DNA of 64,000 nt. It comes from Acidimicrobiia bacterium (GTDB lineage Bacteria; Actinomycetota; Acidimicrobiia; Spongiisociales; JAENVV01). The translations under genes and the position numbers were made by a program. Of the stretch, positions 18,412-28,535 are shown piece by piece. Each line of letters begins with the position of its first letter. The stretch's first letter is position 1. The stretch is taken from contig JBFGJH010000003.1 of assembly GCA_041577335.1 (NCBI GenBank), forward strand, positions 1 to 64,000, written 5' to 3'. The notes beneath the pieces are model-generated. The model was not told the origin of the DNA, did no database searches, and was given only the letters and a program-made list of their open reading frames with translations.

Positions 18412-20310
18412 ATGGTGACGATTTCGCTCACACCGAATGCCCTGGCAGTGCTGGAGCGCAGGTATCTGCTCCGCAATGAAGATGGCTCGCCCACAGAAAC
18501 GCCGGGCGACATGTTCCGTCGGGTGGCCCACAACATTGCGTCGGCCGAATTGGTGTGGGGCGGCCGCCCCGGCGAGTGGGAAGAGCGGTTTTTCGAGATG
18601 ATGGCCGGCCTCGACTTCCTGCCCAATTCGCCGACCATGATGAACGCGGGCCGCGAACTCCAGCAACTGGCTGCCTGTTTTGTGTTGCCGGTCGACGATT
18701 CCCTCGATTCCATATTCGATACGTTGAAGCACACCGCCAAGATCCATCAGTCAGGAGGCGGCACAGGTTTCTCGTTCTCCCGGCTACGGCCACGCGGTGA
18801 CATGGTCAAATCAACCCGGGGGATCTCATCGGGTCCTGTGTCGTTTCTGGAGGTGTACGACTCGGCCACCGAGCACATCAAACAGGGCTCGTTCCGACGC
18901 GGCGCCAACATGGGGATTCTCGACGTGACGCACCCCGACATTCTCGAATTCATCGACGCGAAGCGGGAAGGCGGGATCTCGAACTTCAACCTGTCTGTTG
19001 CCGTCACTGCCGAGTGGATGGCGAAGGCAGAGCGCCACGAGGACTACGAGCTCATCAACCCGCGGGACGGAAAGCCGGAAGGCAGGCTCAACGCCGGCGA
19101 AGTGTTCGACAAGATCGTCGGCTCCGCTTGGGAGACAGGCGATCCCGGAATCGTCTTCATCGACCGTATGAACCGGCCGCGGACCAATCCCACGCCTGGC
19201 TTGGGCCGGATCGAAGCCACGAACCCGTGCGGTGAACAGCCGCTTTTGCCATATGAGGCGTGTGTGCTCGGGTCCATCAATTTGGGTCGATTCGTGACGG
19301 GCGACGCCGGCCCCTCCATCGATTGGGATCGGCTCGGGCAGACCGTCACCGACGCGATCCGCTTCCTCGACAACGCCGTGGAACAGAGCCGCTATCCGCT
19401 CGAGCAGATCGCCCAGCTCCATCGCGAGGGCAATCGCAAGGTTGGCTTGGGTGTGATGGGCTGGGCCGACATGTTGGTCAGGCTCGGCATTGGCTACGAC
19501 TCACAAGCGGCGGTCGACCTGGCAGGCGAAATCATGGGCTTCATCTCGGATTCGGCCGACGAAAGCTCGGCGCGATTGGCCGGCGAGCGAGGGCCATTCA
19601 ACAATTGGCCTGACTCGGTGTTCGGCCCCGACGGCGATGATCGACTGCTTCGCAACGCCACCCGCACCACGATCGCACCCACGGGAACGATCTCGATCAT
19701 CGCTGGTTGCTCGTCTGGGATCGAACCCTTGTTTGCAGTCAGCTATTACCGCAAGGTGATGGAAGGCAGCGTTCTGCTCGAGGTCAATCCCGACTTCGAG
19801 CGGCGAGCCCGACAGCTGGGCGTGTGGTCGGACGAGTTGGCGGAGTCGGTCACCACCAAGGGCAGCGTCCGGGGGCTGGCTGTCCCTGAGGAGCTCGAGC
19901 GGCTGTTCGCAACGGCGCACGACGTTTCGCCTGCCTGGCATGTCCGCCATCAAGCCGCATTCCAGGCCCACGTTGACAATGCGGTATCCAAGACCATCAA
20001 TCTGCCGGGCAATGCCACTCGGGCCGACATCGCCCGGATCTACCTGATGGCGCGCGATCTCGGCTGCACGGGCATCACGGTGTATCGGGACGGGTCCAAG
20101 CAATGGCAGGTGCTCAATCGGGGTACCCCGACAGGAACCGACCTCGGCACCATGGAAGGGTCTCCGCCTGCGTTCGGCGAAGACGATCACGTCATGCCGC
20201 CACTGCGCGGTCAGAGCGTGTTCGAGATCTGTCCGATGTGTGGTGCCGCCGCATTCGAATTCGCGGAGGCATGCGGCAAGTGCCACTCGTGCGGCCACTC
20301 CACCTGCTGA
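18412..20310 (+). CDS. nrdJ: Class II adenosylcobalamin-dependent ribonucleotide reductase
   Basis: PNSPTMMNAG, AACFV, GGGTG, RRGANM, TNPCGEQ, TIAPTGTIS, C-terminal CPMC...CHSCGHSTC; no ATP cone. Confidence 0.93.
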   Translation: MVTISLTPNALAVLERRYLLRNEDGSPTETPGDMFRRVAHNIASAELVWGGRPGEWEERFFEMMAGLDFLPNSPTMMNAGRELQQLAACFVLPVDDSLDSIFDTLKHTAKIHQSGGGTGFSFSRLRPRGDMVKSTRGISSGPVSFLEVYDSATEHIKQGSFRRGANMGILDVTHPDILEFIDAKREGGISNFNLSVAVTAEWMAKAERHEDYELINPRDGKPEGRLNAGEVFDKIVGSAWETGDPGIVFIDRMNRPRTNPTPGLGRIEATNPCGEQPLLPYEACVLGSINLGRFVTGDAGPSIDWDRLGQTVTDAIRFLDNAVEQSRYPLEQIAQLHREGNRKVGLGVMGWADMLVRLGIGYDSQAAVDLAGEIMGFISDSADESSARLAGERGPFNNWPDSVFGPDGDDRLLRNATRTTIAPTGTISIIAGCSSGIEPLFAVSYYRKVMEGSVLLEVNPDFERRARQLGVWSDELAESVTTKGSVRGLAVPEELERLFATAHDVSPAWHVRHQAAFQAHVDNAVSKTINLPGNATRADIARIYLMARDLGCTGITVYRDGSKQWQVLNRGTPTGTDLGTMEGSPPAFGEDDHVMPPLRGQSVFEICPMCGAAAFEFAEACGKCHSCGHSTC

Positions 20311-20400
20311 GGGGCCTTGGGAGCCGGCGATTCGGCCCACCGCGCGCGAGATGGAGCTCCTTGTCCCTTTGGCCACTCTTCTCCAACCGCTCGCAGGCAG

Positions 20401-20952
20401 CTAACCGATCGACAGCTTGGCGACCAGTTCTACGAACTCGGCCCAGCTGGCCACTGATTCGGTGCCCGGCACGTGCGAGTTCCACGGCCGGGCAAATCGA
20501 ACCGTCACCGCTTCGGGACGACTGCGAGAGATGCGATAGACGTTGTGGGGCGCATCGTCGAGGTATACGTCGCATGGCACCGTGTCTTTGTGGTCGACGA
20601 TGTGAACCTCCCGGGTGGGAAGCTGGTGCTCCGAGATCCAGGCGTAGGTGTCATGCACCCCGAAATGGGGCTTTGTCGTCAGGATCACGATCTCGTGCCA
20701 GGTGGCCAATGACCACAGGGCCTCGAGTGCGTCGGGGTATGGCTCGAGGTGCCGGAACAGCGAGTGGCCATCGATGTCGGCCGCCCACCTCCAGAACTCC
20801 CGCATCGAGGCGAAGTGGGTCGCACCGGGGATGCCGTTCCATTCCTGGACGGCGTCGAGCGGGATGGCAGCATCGAAGTCGCGGTTGTAGAGGCGGATCC
20901 AGCCACCATTGAAGTCGGCAACAACTCCGTCGAGGTCAATCCCGAGACGCAT
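20401..20952 (-). CDS. 5'(3')-deoxyribonucleotidase, HAD/NT5C family
   Basis: DLDGVVADF, LEPYPDA, YLDDAPHN, RPWN. Confidence 0.85.
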   Translation of the reverse strand: MRLGIDLDGVVADFNGGWIRLYNRDFDAAIPLDAVQEWNGIPGATHFASMREFWRWAADIDGHSLFRHLEPYPDALEALWSLATWHEIVILTTKPHFGVHDTYAWISEHQLPTREVHIVDHKDTVPCDVYLDDAPHNVYRISRSRPEAVTVRFARPWNSHVPGTESVASWAEFVELVAKLSIG

Positions 20953-20986
20953 CGCCAGCGAGGGTAGTTGGCGGGTGCCCCTCCGC

Positions 20987-22588
20987 TCAGACGACTTGAA
21001 CCCATTTGAGTATCTCGGGCATGCGCCGTTTCAGTAGGCGTGCCGCCACCGAGAGGCCGGCCCAGTAGACGATGATCCCCCAAGCGACCGATCCCACTGC
21101 AACCGCCCATGGATACACGGCATCCGGGGCGAGCTGGGACAGCGTGACTGCGATCGCAACCGGCACCAACAGCATTCCGATGATGAAGAAGGAGACGAGC
21201 TGGCTGCTGATTGCCAGGCAGCCATGTTCGGACGCCTGTGAGAAGACGTCGGTGCCCATGTCCGGCAAGCGCAGCGGGGTGAGCACCGAGGCGATGTTGC
21301 CGATTGCCAGCTGGGCCCCGGCCGCGGTCACGAATATGGGCGGCACGAGCCATAGCTCAGCGAATCCTCCTGTGACCAAGGCAGCGATGAGCGCAAGGGC
21401 TGCTGTCTCCATCGACAGCGCAATGAACGTGGCCACGTTCTTGCCGACGAGGAGGTCACGCGGGTTGGCCGGCAACACGAACAGGAACGATGCGGCGCGC
21501 CGCTCCCAACCGAACTGATTGAGGGCGACCGGAAGCCCCACAAAAAGGACCGCAGCCGGCGTCGCCATCACGATCCACTCGCTTCGCCGCAACACCTCCA
21601 TTTGGGTCGCGCCGACCATCAGAGCTGCGGCAAACACGGCGATGAAGATGATTCCGCCCGTCCACACCATCCGCATGCGCGGGTCGCGAACGTAGCTCCG
21701 CAGGTCCTTGCGAGCCATGACACCGACGGCCGACCATGCTCTCAGGTCGGTGAGAGCAGGCATCTTCGATGCGGATCGGGTGGCCGTCAGCTCGGGCTGG
21801 GTGATCAACCGCTGGAGCATCGTGTGCCAAAGACCGACGAGTAACGCCAGCCAGGCCAACGTCAAGCCAAAGAAGATCGCCGTCAAGAGGAATTCTCCGT
21901 CGGCGGCGGCGATAACGCCTTGTTGAGCCGCCCCCGGGGGGGTGAGCCATGCATACGGCGACATCGGGTACTCCTTCATCGCTCCTTCCAGGCCGAGCTG
22001 GCCGAGTGTGCGAGCGGCAGCAGATTGGGCGGCGTACAGGCCGATGGCGATGCCGACGACGACGAACATCGTGAGGTCGCGACCCCGCCTGCTCTTGACC
22101 AGCATCGAGAAAGCAGTGGTTACCACCTGACCGAGGATCGACATCGAGATGATGATGAGACCGGTCCCGGCGATGGCAATCGGGGTGACGAGTATGCCGG
22201 TGAAGTAGCCGACGTTGGCGCCCATGACCAGCACTGGCAGCACAACGGGCGGGGTCAGGGTTGCTGCGCCAATGAGGCCCGTCATCAGCTGCGCCTTCGT
22301 GAACGGCAAGATCGCGAATTTGGCCGGGTCCAGGTTCTCGTCGATGGGGAACAACAGCACGGGGAGGGTGCCCCAACCGATGGCACCGACGACGGCTACC
22401 CACAGGGACAGCTCAGCTGCCGCCGCAGGGGTGAGCGATTGCAGCGCCGACCAATACCATCGCCCCAACAACAAACCGGCCGCCACCATCACCAACGTGA
22501 AAAGCGGCATCCCGATCGCCCGTGTCTTGTCGGTCCGCAGCCCGTTACGGAGAAGCTGCCACTTGAGCCGGACTAGGTATTGAGCCAT
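20987..22588 (-). CDS. ABC-2 type transporter permease
   Basis: About 13 TM helices, adjacent to an ABC ATPase; KDLRSYVRDP, NQFG, LLVGKN. Confidence 0.8.
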   Translation of the reverse strand: MAQYLVRLKWQLLRNGLRTDKTRAIGMPLFTLVMVAAGLLLGRWYWSALQSLTPAAAAELSLWVAVVGAIGWGTLPVLLFPIDENLDPAKFAILPFTKAQLMTGLIGAATLTPPVVLPVLVMGANVGYFTGILVTPIAIAGTGLIIISMSILGQVVTTAFSMLVKSRRGRDLTMFVVVGIAIGLYAAQSAAARTLGQLGLEGAMKEYPMSPYAWLTPPGAAQQGVIAAADGEFLLTAIFFGLTLAWLALLVGLWHTMLQRLITQPELTATRSASKMPALTDLRAWSAVGVMARKDLRSYVRDPRMRMVWTGGIIFIAVFAAALMVGATQMEVLRRSEWIVMATPAAVLFVGLPVALNQFGWERRAASFLFVLPANPRDLLVGKNVATFIALSMETAALALIAALVTGGFAELWLVPPIFVTAAGAQLAIGNIASVLTPLRLPDMGTDVFSQASEHGCLAISSQLVSFFIIGMLLVPVAIAVTLSQLAPDAVYPWAVAVGSVAWGIIVYWAGLSVAARLLKRRMPEILKWVQVV

Positions 22589-23343
22589 TCCAGCCCACCC
22601 GACCGCTCATCCGCACCCACTGCTGCGAGAAACGCCTCTTCCACATTGGCTGCCTGATATCGCGACAAGAGCTCCGGCCTGGTTTCCTCGACCAGCAGCT
22701 TGCCTGCGACCATGATCCCGATCCGGGTGCACAGTCGCTCAACGAGCTCCATGACGTGCGAAGAGAACACGACTGTGGCGCCCCTTTCGGTGTAGGTCTG
22801 GAGCAGTCGCCTGATCAACCGAGCCGATACCGCATCGACCCCTTCGAACGGCTCGTCGAGGAACAGGACCTCGGGAGCGTGAATGACGGCCGCGGCGAGC
22901 GCCACCTTCTTGCGCATGCCGCGCGAATACTCGCCGATCACCTTGCGGGCATCCATCTCCAGGTCGAGCAGTGACATGAGCTCGTCTCGCCGTTCGGCTG
23001 CCTGAATGGCCGACAGGCCATGCACGGCGGCTGTGAAGTCGAGAAGCTCCTCGCCGGTGAGCCTCTCATAGAGATTGAATTCTTCGGGGAGCACGCCGAT
23101 CCGCCGTTTGGCGGCTGTGGGATCCACCCATGTGTCGGTGTTGCCGATGCCGGCACGGCCTGCGTCGGGACGGAGGAGACCAACGATCATCCTGATGGTG
23201 GTTGTCTTGCCTGCGCCGTTCGGCCCCAGCAGCCCATAGAACTCGCCAGGCATGATTGCGAGGTCGACACCATCTACCGCCGTCTTGTCGCCGAATCGGC
23301 GGACGAGACCGTTCGCCCACACTGCTGGTTGGCCGTTGTTCAT
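22573..23343 (-). CDS. ABC transporter ATP-binding protein
   Basis: GPNGAGKTT, YSRGMRKK, LFLDEPFEGVD, SSH; TACACT 6 nt before ATG. Confidence 0.93.
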   Translation of the reverse strand: MNNGQPAVWANGLVRRFGDKTAVDGVDLAIMPGEFYGLLGPNGAGKTTTIRMIVGLLRPDAGRAGIGNTDTWVDPTAAKRRIGVLPEEFNLYERLTGEELLDFTAAVHGLSAIQAAERRDELMSLLDLEMDARKVIGEYSRGMRKKVALAAAVIHAPEVLFLDEPFEGVDAVSARLIRRLLQTYTERGATVVFSSHVMELVERLCTRIGIMVAGKLLVEETRPELLSRYQAANVEEAFLAAVGADERSGGLEWLNT

Positions 23344-23470
23344 CACGCGAGTGTATCGGCGTGCTCGTGTCTACCCATGAGCGCAACCGGGCCGACGCCG
23401 CAAAGTGCAGTGAACAGAACACGTCGCACGAGCTGATTTCCCGACGGTGGAGGACGCTACGCTGGCCGCC

Positions 23471-25222
23471 GTGGAGTACCAAGCCCTCTATCGCAAATAC
23501 CGCCCTCAGTCGTTCGACAAGGTGATCGGACAAGACCACGTCTCAACCACCTTGGTCAGGGAGGTAGCCGAAGGTCGGGTGGCTCACGCCTACCTGTTCG
23601 CAGGACCTCGGGGTACGGGCAAAACCACCTCCGCTCGCATCCTTGCCAAAGCCCTCAACTGCCAGGTATCCCCAGGCACCGGAGTCCCCTGCAACGAATG
23701 CAACTCATGTGTGTCGATATCAACGGGATCCTCGTTCGACGTGACCGAGTTGGACGCAGCTTCGCACAACTCGGTTGACGACATTCGTGAGATCCGGGTC
23801 AGCGTGACCACGGTGGCAGCTCAGGGCGGGAAGCGAGTCTTCATCCTCGACGAGGCTCACATGCTGTCGAAAGCCGCTGGAAACGCCCTCCTCAAGACAC
23901 TCGAAGAGCCGCCAGATCATGTGCATTTCGTGTTGGCCACGACCGAGCCGTACAAACTGCTCGACACGATCCGCAGCCGGAGCCAGCGGTTCGACTTCCA
24001 TCCCGTGACGGTGGAACAACTGACCACCCACCTCGGATCCATCGCCAAGCTCGAGAGCTTCGAGGTTCATGATGACGCGCTCACGCTCGTCGCCCGTCAC
24101 GCCAAGGGCTCTGTCCGCGATGCCTTGAGCTTGCTCGAACAGGTCGCTGCCCTCGGTGAGGGTGTAGTCAACCCGGCCGGGGTCAACCGGGCGTTGGGTT
24201 TGGCAGATCGCGACATCTACATGAACCTCGGCCATGCCATCGCCGAATCGGACGCCAAGGCCGTCCTCGAGATGGTTGCGGGTCTTGCCGCCGACGGTGT
24301 GGATTTTCGTCGGTTCGTGGCCGAAGCGATCGCCTTCTTTCGCGGCGTGTTCTTGGTCCAGTTCGCTCCCAACGTCGACGAGATCGTCGACGAGACTGCC
24401 GGCACCATTGCCGACTGGAGGGACGTCGCAACAACCATGTCGCCCGCCGACGTCACCCGTTCGATCGACCTGCTCTCGGACGGGTTGATGAGGCTTCGAG
24501 AGGGTCGGGAGGAGCGTCTGATGACCGAGATGACATTGCTCAAGGTCGTCCGGCCGGAGCTGGCAGTAGATGCCTCCTCTCTCGGCGCCCGGATGGAGAA
24601 GCTCGAGCAACGAGTCAACCGGGTGGCGCGGGATCTCAAAGAGCAAGGATCGGCTTCGCCGGGGCAAAGACCTGTAGGCAAGGCTGCGGTGGTCTCTTCG
24701 GCGGATGCCTCTGCGAAAGCCCATGACACACCGGTTGCGGCCGACGAATCCGAAGAAACGCCAGTTGACGAAGCGACACCGGTCGTCTCGAGCGAAGTGA
24801 GCGTCACATTGGTCGATGTCGAACGAAATTGGCCGGCTCTCATGGCGCAAGTCCGGGACGAGCTGGGCCTCCGACGTGAGGCTCTTCTCAGGGAAGCCCG
24901 TCCGGGCCGGGTCGACGGCTCGACCGTCTACTTCTATATCGCATCGCACCTTGGGTTCCACCTTCAACAGCTTCAAGAGGACACCCGCGTCGCCGGTGTC
25001 ATCGCTGAGCAGGCTCGTTCCCTCTTGGGTGCCGACATCACCGTCAGTTTTGTAGCCGAGCCCGATGGTGCACCACGAGTCGCCGCCGACGTAGCGGCTG
25101 ATGAGCCTCTCCCACGAAAGGAAGACTTGGTGGTGGCAGAGACGGCCAACGACGACGTTGTGGCGCTCGTGGAGGACATCCTTGGCGGCGAAGTGATCGA
25201 GGAGTCGGCACCCGCCGATTGA
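23471..25222 (+). CDS. dnaX: DNA polymerase III subunit gamma/tau
   Basis: YQALYRKYRP, GPRGTGKTT, ELDAAS, DEAHML, NALLKTLEEPP; TACGCT 7 nt before GTG. Confidence 0.96.
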   Translation: MEYQALYRKYRPQSFDKVIGQDHVSTTLVREVAEGRVAHAYLFAGPRGTGKTTSARILAKALNCQVSPGTGVPCNECNSCVSISTGSSFDVTELDAASHNSVDDIREIRVSVTTVAAQGGKRVFILDEAHMLSKAAGNALLKTLEEPPDHVHFVLATTEPYKLLDTIRSRSQRFDFHPVTVEQLTTHLGSIAKLESFEVHDDALTLVARHAKGSVRDALSLLEQVAALGEGVVNPAGVNRALGLADRDIYMNLGHAIAESDAKAVLEMVAGLAADGVDFRRFVAEAIAFFRGVFLVQFAPNVDEIVDETAGTIADWRDVATTMSPADVTRSIDLLSDGLMRLREGREERLMTEMTLLKVVRPELAVDASSLGARMEKLEQRVNRVARDLKEQGSASPGQRPVGKAAVVSSADASAKAHDTPVAADESEETPVDEATPVVSSEVSVTLVDVERNWPALMAQVRDELGLRREALLREARPGRVDGSTVYFYIASHLGFHLQQLQEDTRVAGVIAEQARSLLGADITVSFVAEPDGAPRVAADVAADEPLPRKEDLVVAETANDDVVALVEDILGGEVIEESAPAD

Positions 25223-25314
25223 CCTGCGGGAAGAGACAATCGGCATGGCGCAGCCACTGTGAGCTCCGTGGCGGGAGCACCTGGTAGTCGCCAACCGAGT
25301 GATACGCTGTGGCC

Positions 25315-25641
25315 ATGGGTATGAATCCGAACGACATGCGCCGTCTCATGCAGCAGGCGCAGAAGATGCAGCAGGAACTTGCTTCGGCGCAGGCCGAGCT
25401 TGCCGAACAAGAATTCGAAGGGTCGGCTGGAGGCGGCGTGGTCAAAGCAACCGTGCGCGGCTCTGGCGAAGTCGTCCGCGTGGACATCGACCCGTCTGTG
25501 ATCGATCCGGAAGACGCCGAGATGCTCGGCGATCTCGTGACAGCTGCTGTCAACGCCGCATTGGGCACCGTCAGCGATGCGGCCCAGAACCAAATAGGCG
25601 ATGTCACCGGAGGCCTCGACCTGGGCGGTCTTTTGGGCTGA
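25315..25641 (+). CDS. ybaB: YbaB/EbfC nucleoid-associated protein
   Basis: LMQQAQKMQ, GSAGGGVV, DPEDAEMLGDLV; dnaX-ybaB-recR synteny. Confidence 0.93.
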   Translation: MGMNPNDMRRLMQQAQKMQQELASAQAELAEQEFEGSAGGGVVKATVRGSGEVVRVDIDPSVIDPEDAEMLGDLVTAAVNAALGTVSDAAQNQIGDVTGGLDLGGLLG

Positions 25642-26234
25642 TGTTCGAAGGCCCGATCCAGAGATTGATCGACGAGCTTTCGCGCCTTCCCGGCGTAGGT
25701 CGAAAGTCAGCGCAGCGGCTTGCCTTTCACCTGCTCAACCAGGAGGACACCGACGCACGGCGGCTAGCCCAAGCCATCATCGACGTCACAGAGCAGATGG
25801 GCACGTGCCAGCGTTGCTACAACGTCACCGCTGACCCCGAGTGCGGCATCTGCCGTGACCTGCGCCGCGAACCGAGCCTCGTGTGCGTCGTCGAGAGGGC
25901 TCAGGACATAGCCGTCATCGAAGCTACCCAGGAGTTCCGGGGCCGCTACCACGTCCTGGGAGGGAGCCTGTCCCCGATCGATGGCATCGGCCCGTCGCAG
26001 CTCCGGTTCACCGAGCTGGGTGAGCGGATCAAGAACGAGGCAATCGAGGAGCTGATCGTGGCAACGAATCCCACGGTCGAAGGCGATACCACCGCCATGT
26101 ACATTGCTCGGGAATTCAAGCCGCTCGGTGTCACTGTCACCCGCTTGGCGAGCGGCCTCCCGGTCGGCGGCGACCTCGACTACGCCGACACCCTCACGCT
26201 GGGCCGCGCCCTCTCCGGCAGAGCGGAACTCTGA
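25641..26234 (+). CDS. recR: Recombination mediator RecR
   Basis: LPGVGRKSAQRLA, C4 zinc finger, YHVLGG, ATNPTVEG, LDYAD. Confidence 0.96.
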   Translation: MFEGPIQRLIDELSRLPGVGRKSAQRLAFHLLNQEDTDARRLAQAIIDVTEQMGTCQRCYNVTADPECGICRDLRREPSLVCVVERAQDIAVIEATQEFRGRYHVLGGSLSPIDGIGPSQLRFTELGERIKNEAIEELIVATNPTVEGDTTAMYIAREFKPLGVTVTRLASGLPVGGDLDYADTLTLGRALSGRAEL

Positions 26235-26306
26235 GTCGATCGGGCCAGGATCCGATCGAGTTGGTCGATCGGCCCTTCAGCCGCGCTAGAACCTCTCTGC
26301 AGCGCG

Positions 26307-27410
26307 CTACAGAGCCTGGCCTGCCGCGAGGTCTTCGAAGGCTTGGTCGTATTGAGGGGCCACCTGCGACCAGTCGTAGCGTTGGTAGTAGATGCGACGC
26401 CGTCCCGACGCGGCACGACGAGCTTCGATATTGGCGATGGTGTGCTCCAACATCGCCAACAACTCGTCGGCGTCGTTGTACAGGTGTTCGGTGGAGTGAG
26501 CCGGATCGAGCAACTCCGGATAAGACAGCCGGTTGGGGAGGATCGGCCAGGCGCCGGCGGCAATGGCTTCCACCACGGCGATTCCGAAGAACTCATGCAG
26601 CGCGGTGGAAATCACGATGTCGGCATCGGCCACCAGCTGGTCGTAGGTCGGCTGGTCGGCCCAACCAAACTGCACCAGTCGATCCCCCCAGCGATTGCGA
26701 GCTGCCAGGAACTCGGCAGGCTCATTGCGGAAATTCTCGCCGGCCAGCGCAATCCGGAACCGCTTCCCAGAATCAATGAGACGGTCGATGGTCTCGATCA
26801 TCTCGGTCGGGTTCTTGTCGTGTTCCCACCGCTGCGCCCAGAGGATCAGCGGCGGATCGAATCGGCGCGCTGGAGGAAGCCGGGCGATGTCGACGCCCGC
26901 CGGCAACACTCCCGACCGGTTGCGGACGCTCTCGATCTTGTCGAGGTGGCGGTAATCAGGGAAATTCTTGAGGAAGCCGGGAAGCATCGCGAATACTTCG
27001 TCGAAGTGGAACTGCGAATTGAAGAGAACCCGGTCGGCCGCCAGCATCGACTTCCAGTTCATGGCTCCGAATGTGAGGTCTTCCTGTGATCGGGGGCTCA
27101 CCGGATAGGACAGCTGGTTCTCGTGGCAGAACAACACGACCGGCACCGACACCGCCGGGTTTCTCACCAGCCCGAGATAGCTGGGGACATCGACCATGTC
27201 CGTGGCGAGGATGACATCGGGTGAGAGCCCCCCGTCGATTCGGCGGTGAGTCTCATCGGCCAGCGTTACCGGACCTCCGTGCATACGCCATTTCCAGAAT
27301 CGACCTTCCATCGTGATGAGCTCCACGTGGTGAGAGCTGGCGGCCGCATATCCGTTGGCCCATGCCTCGTGGGACCCACTGTGGTACGGAGAGACGAGGA
27401 AGACGTTCAC
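26307..27410 (-). CDS. DUF3524-domain GT-B glycosyltransferase (GTDC1/QTMAN-like)
   Basis: PYHSGSH, WKWRMHGG, HENQLSYP, FNSQFH, RWEHDKNP, HEFFGIAVVEA, RLSYPE. Confidence 0.85.
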   Translation of the reverse strand: MNVFLVSPYHSGSHEAWANGYAAASSHHVELITMEGRFWKWRMHGGPVTLADETHRRIDGGLSPDVILATDMVDVPSYLGLVRNPAVSVPVVLFCHENQLSYPVSPRSQEDLTFGAMNWKSMLAADRVLFNSQFHFDEVFAMLPGFLKNFPDYRHLDKIESVRNRSGVLPAGVDIARLPPARRFDPPLILWAQRWEHDKNPTEMIETIDRLIDSGKRFRIALAGENFRNEPAEFLAARNRWGDRLVQFGWADQPTYDQLVADADIVISTALHEFFGIAVVEAIAAGAWPILPNRLSYPELLDPAHSTEHLYNDADELLAMLEHTIANIEARRAASGRRRIYYQRYDWSQVAPQYDQAFEDLAAGQAL

Positions 27411-27545
27411 GCCCGTGATGGTAGGGGCCGGCCGCGCCGACGAAGGGTCGCCAATGGTGAAGCCCAGGCTCCATTGCGAAGCTGAGCGATCACACCGGTA
27501 CAACCAGATCAGTACCCCGCCAGCTCCCGGACCCTCACGCTCGAA

Positions 27546-28535
27546 CTATTCGTCGAGAAGCGCCGAGATCTTGCTGAGCCGGGCGAAGTCGTGGCGAGCC
27601 TCCATGAAGCGGATCGAGCCTGTCTTGGACCGCATCACAACCGAATGAGTCATGGCACCATGGCCGAAGAATTCAACTCCTTTGAGCAGCTCCCCGGTGG
27701 TGACACCGGTGGCTGAGAAGAAGATGTTCTTGCCGCTGACGAGATCCTTCATCGTGAGAACCTCGGTGAGGTCGTGGTTGTTGTCGGCGGCGTACTGTTC
27801 TTCCTCTTCGTTCCTCGCCCATAGCTTGCACTGCATTTCTCCGCCCATGGCTGTGAGGGCGCAGGCGGCGATCACTGCCTCTGGTGACCCACCGATGCCG
27901 AAGAGAATGTCGATTCCGCTGTCCCAGTCGGCGGTGGCTATCGCACCCGAGACGTCGCCATCCATGATGAGGCGGATTCGCGCTCCGGCCTGCCGGCAGG
28001 CGTCGATGTATGGCTGATTGCGGGGACGGTCGAGGATGATGGCCGTGAGGTCATTCACATCCTTCGATTTCGCCGTGGCGACCTGGCGCAAATTGTGCTC
28101 AACCGGCGCCTCCAGGTCGATGCGGCCTCTCGATTCGGGGCCAACCGCCACTTTGTCCATGTAGACAAGGGAGCCCGGAGCGTACATGGTGCCTGCTTCT
28201 GCGAGAGCGATGACGGCCAACGCACCTGGCATGCCATTGGCGGTCAAGCGCGTGCCGTCGATCGGATCAACGGCCACGTCGACTTTGGGTCCGGTGCCGG
28301 TCCCGATCTTCTCCCCGTTGTAGAGCATCGGCGCCTCGTCCTTTTCTCCCTCGCCGATGATGATGGTGCCGTCGATGTCGACTGACGACATGATGACTCG
28401 CATGGCGTCGACGGCGGCCTGGTCGGCGGCGTGCTTGTCACCTCTACCTTGGAATCTCGCCCCGGCGATTGCTGCTGATTCGGTTACCCGAGCCATCTCC
28501 AGCCCGAGATTCCTTTCAGGTACCTCGCTCGTCAT
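27546..28535 (-). CDS. glpX: Class II fructose-1,6-bisphosphatase
   Basis: RVTESAA, IGEGEKDEAPML, VDPIDGT, YMDK, DGDV, ATGVT. Confidence 0.95.
   Translation of the reverse strand: MTSEVPERNLGLEMARVTESAAIAGARFQGRGDKHAADQAAVDAMRVIMSSVDIDGTIIIGEGEKDEAPMLYNGEKIGTGTGPKVDVAVDPIDGTRLTANGMPGALAVIALAEAGTMYAPGSLVYMDKVAVGPESRGRIDLEAPVEHNLRQVATAKSKDVNDLTAIILDRPRNQPYIDACRQAGARIRLIMDGDVSGAIATADWDSGIDILFGIGGSPEAVIAACALTAMGGEMQCKLWARNEEEEQYAADNNHDLTEVLTMKDLVSGKNIFFSATGVTTGELLKGVEFFGHGAMTHSVVMRSKTGSIRFMEARHDFARLSKISALLDE

Noticed and set aside
20305..20365. nrdJ ends Cys-TGA-Gly followed by a hairpin that loosely resembles a bacterial SECIS
   Set aside because: NrdJ homologs normally end at this Cys; read-through adds about 48 poorly biased codons running into the convergent gene; the hairpin is explained as a terminator in high-GC DNA
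23347..23470. SRP RNA (ffs), often found upstream of dnaX
   Set aside because: No conserved SRP helix with GGAA tetraloop is present
23720..25294. Long antisense ORFs (524 aa here; also 55342-56979 and others)
   Set aside because: Shadow frames of real high-GC genes with no protein motifs
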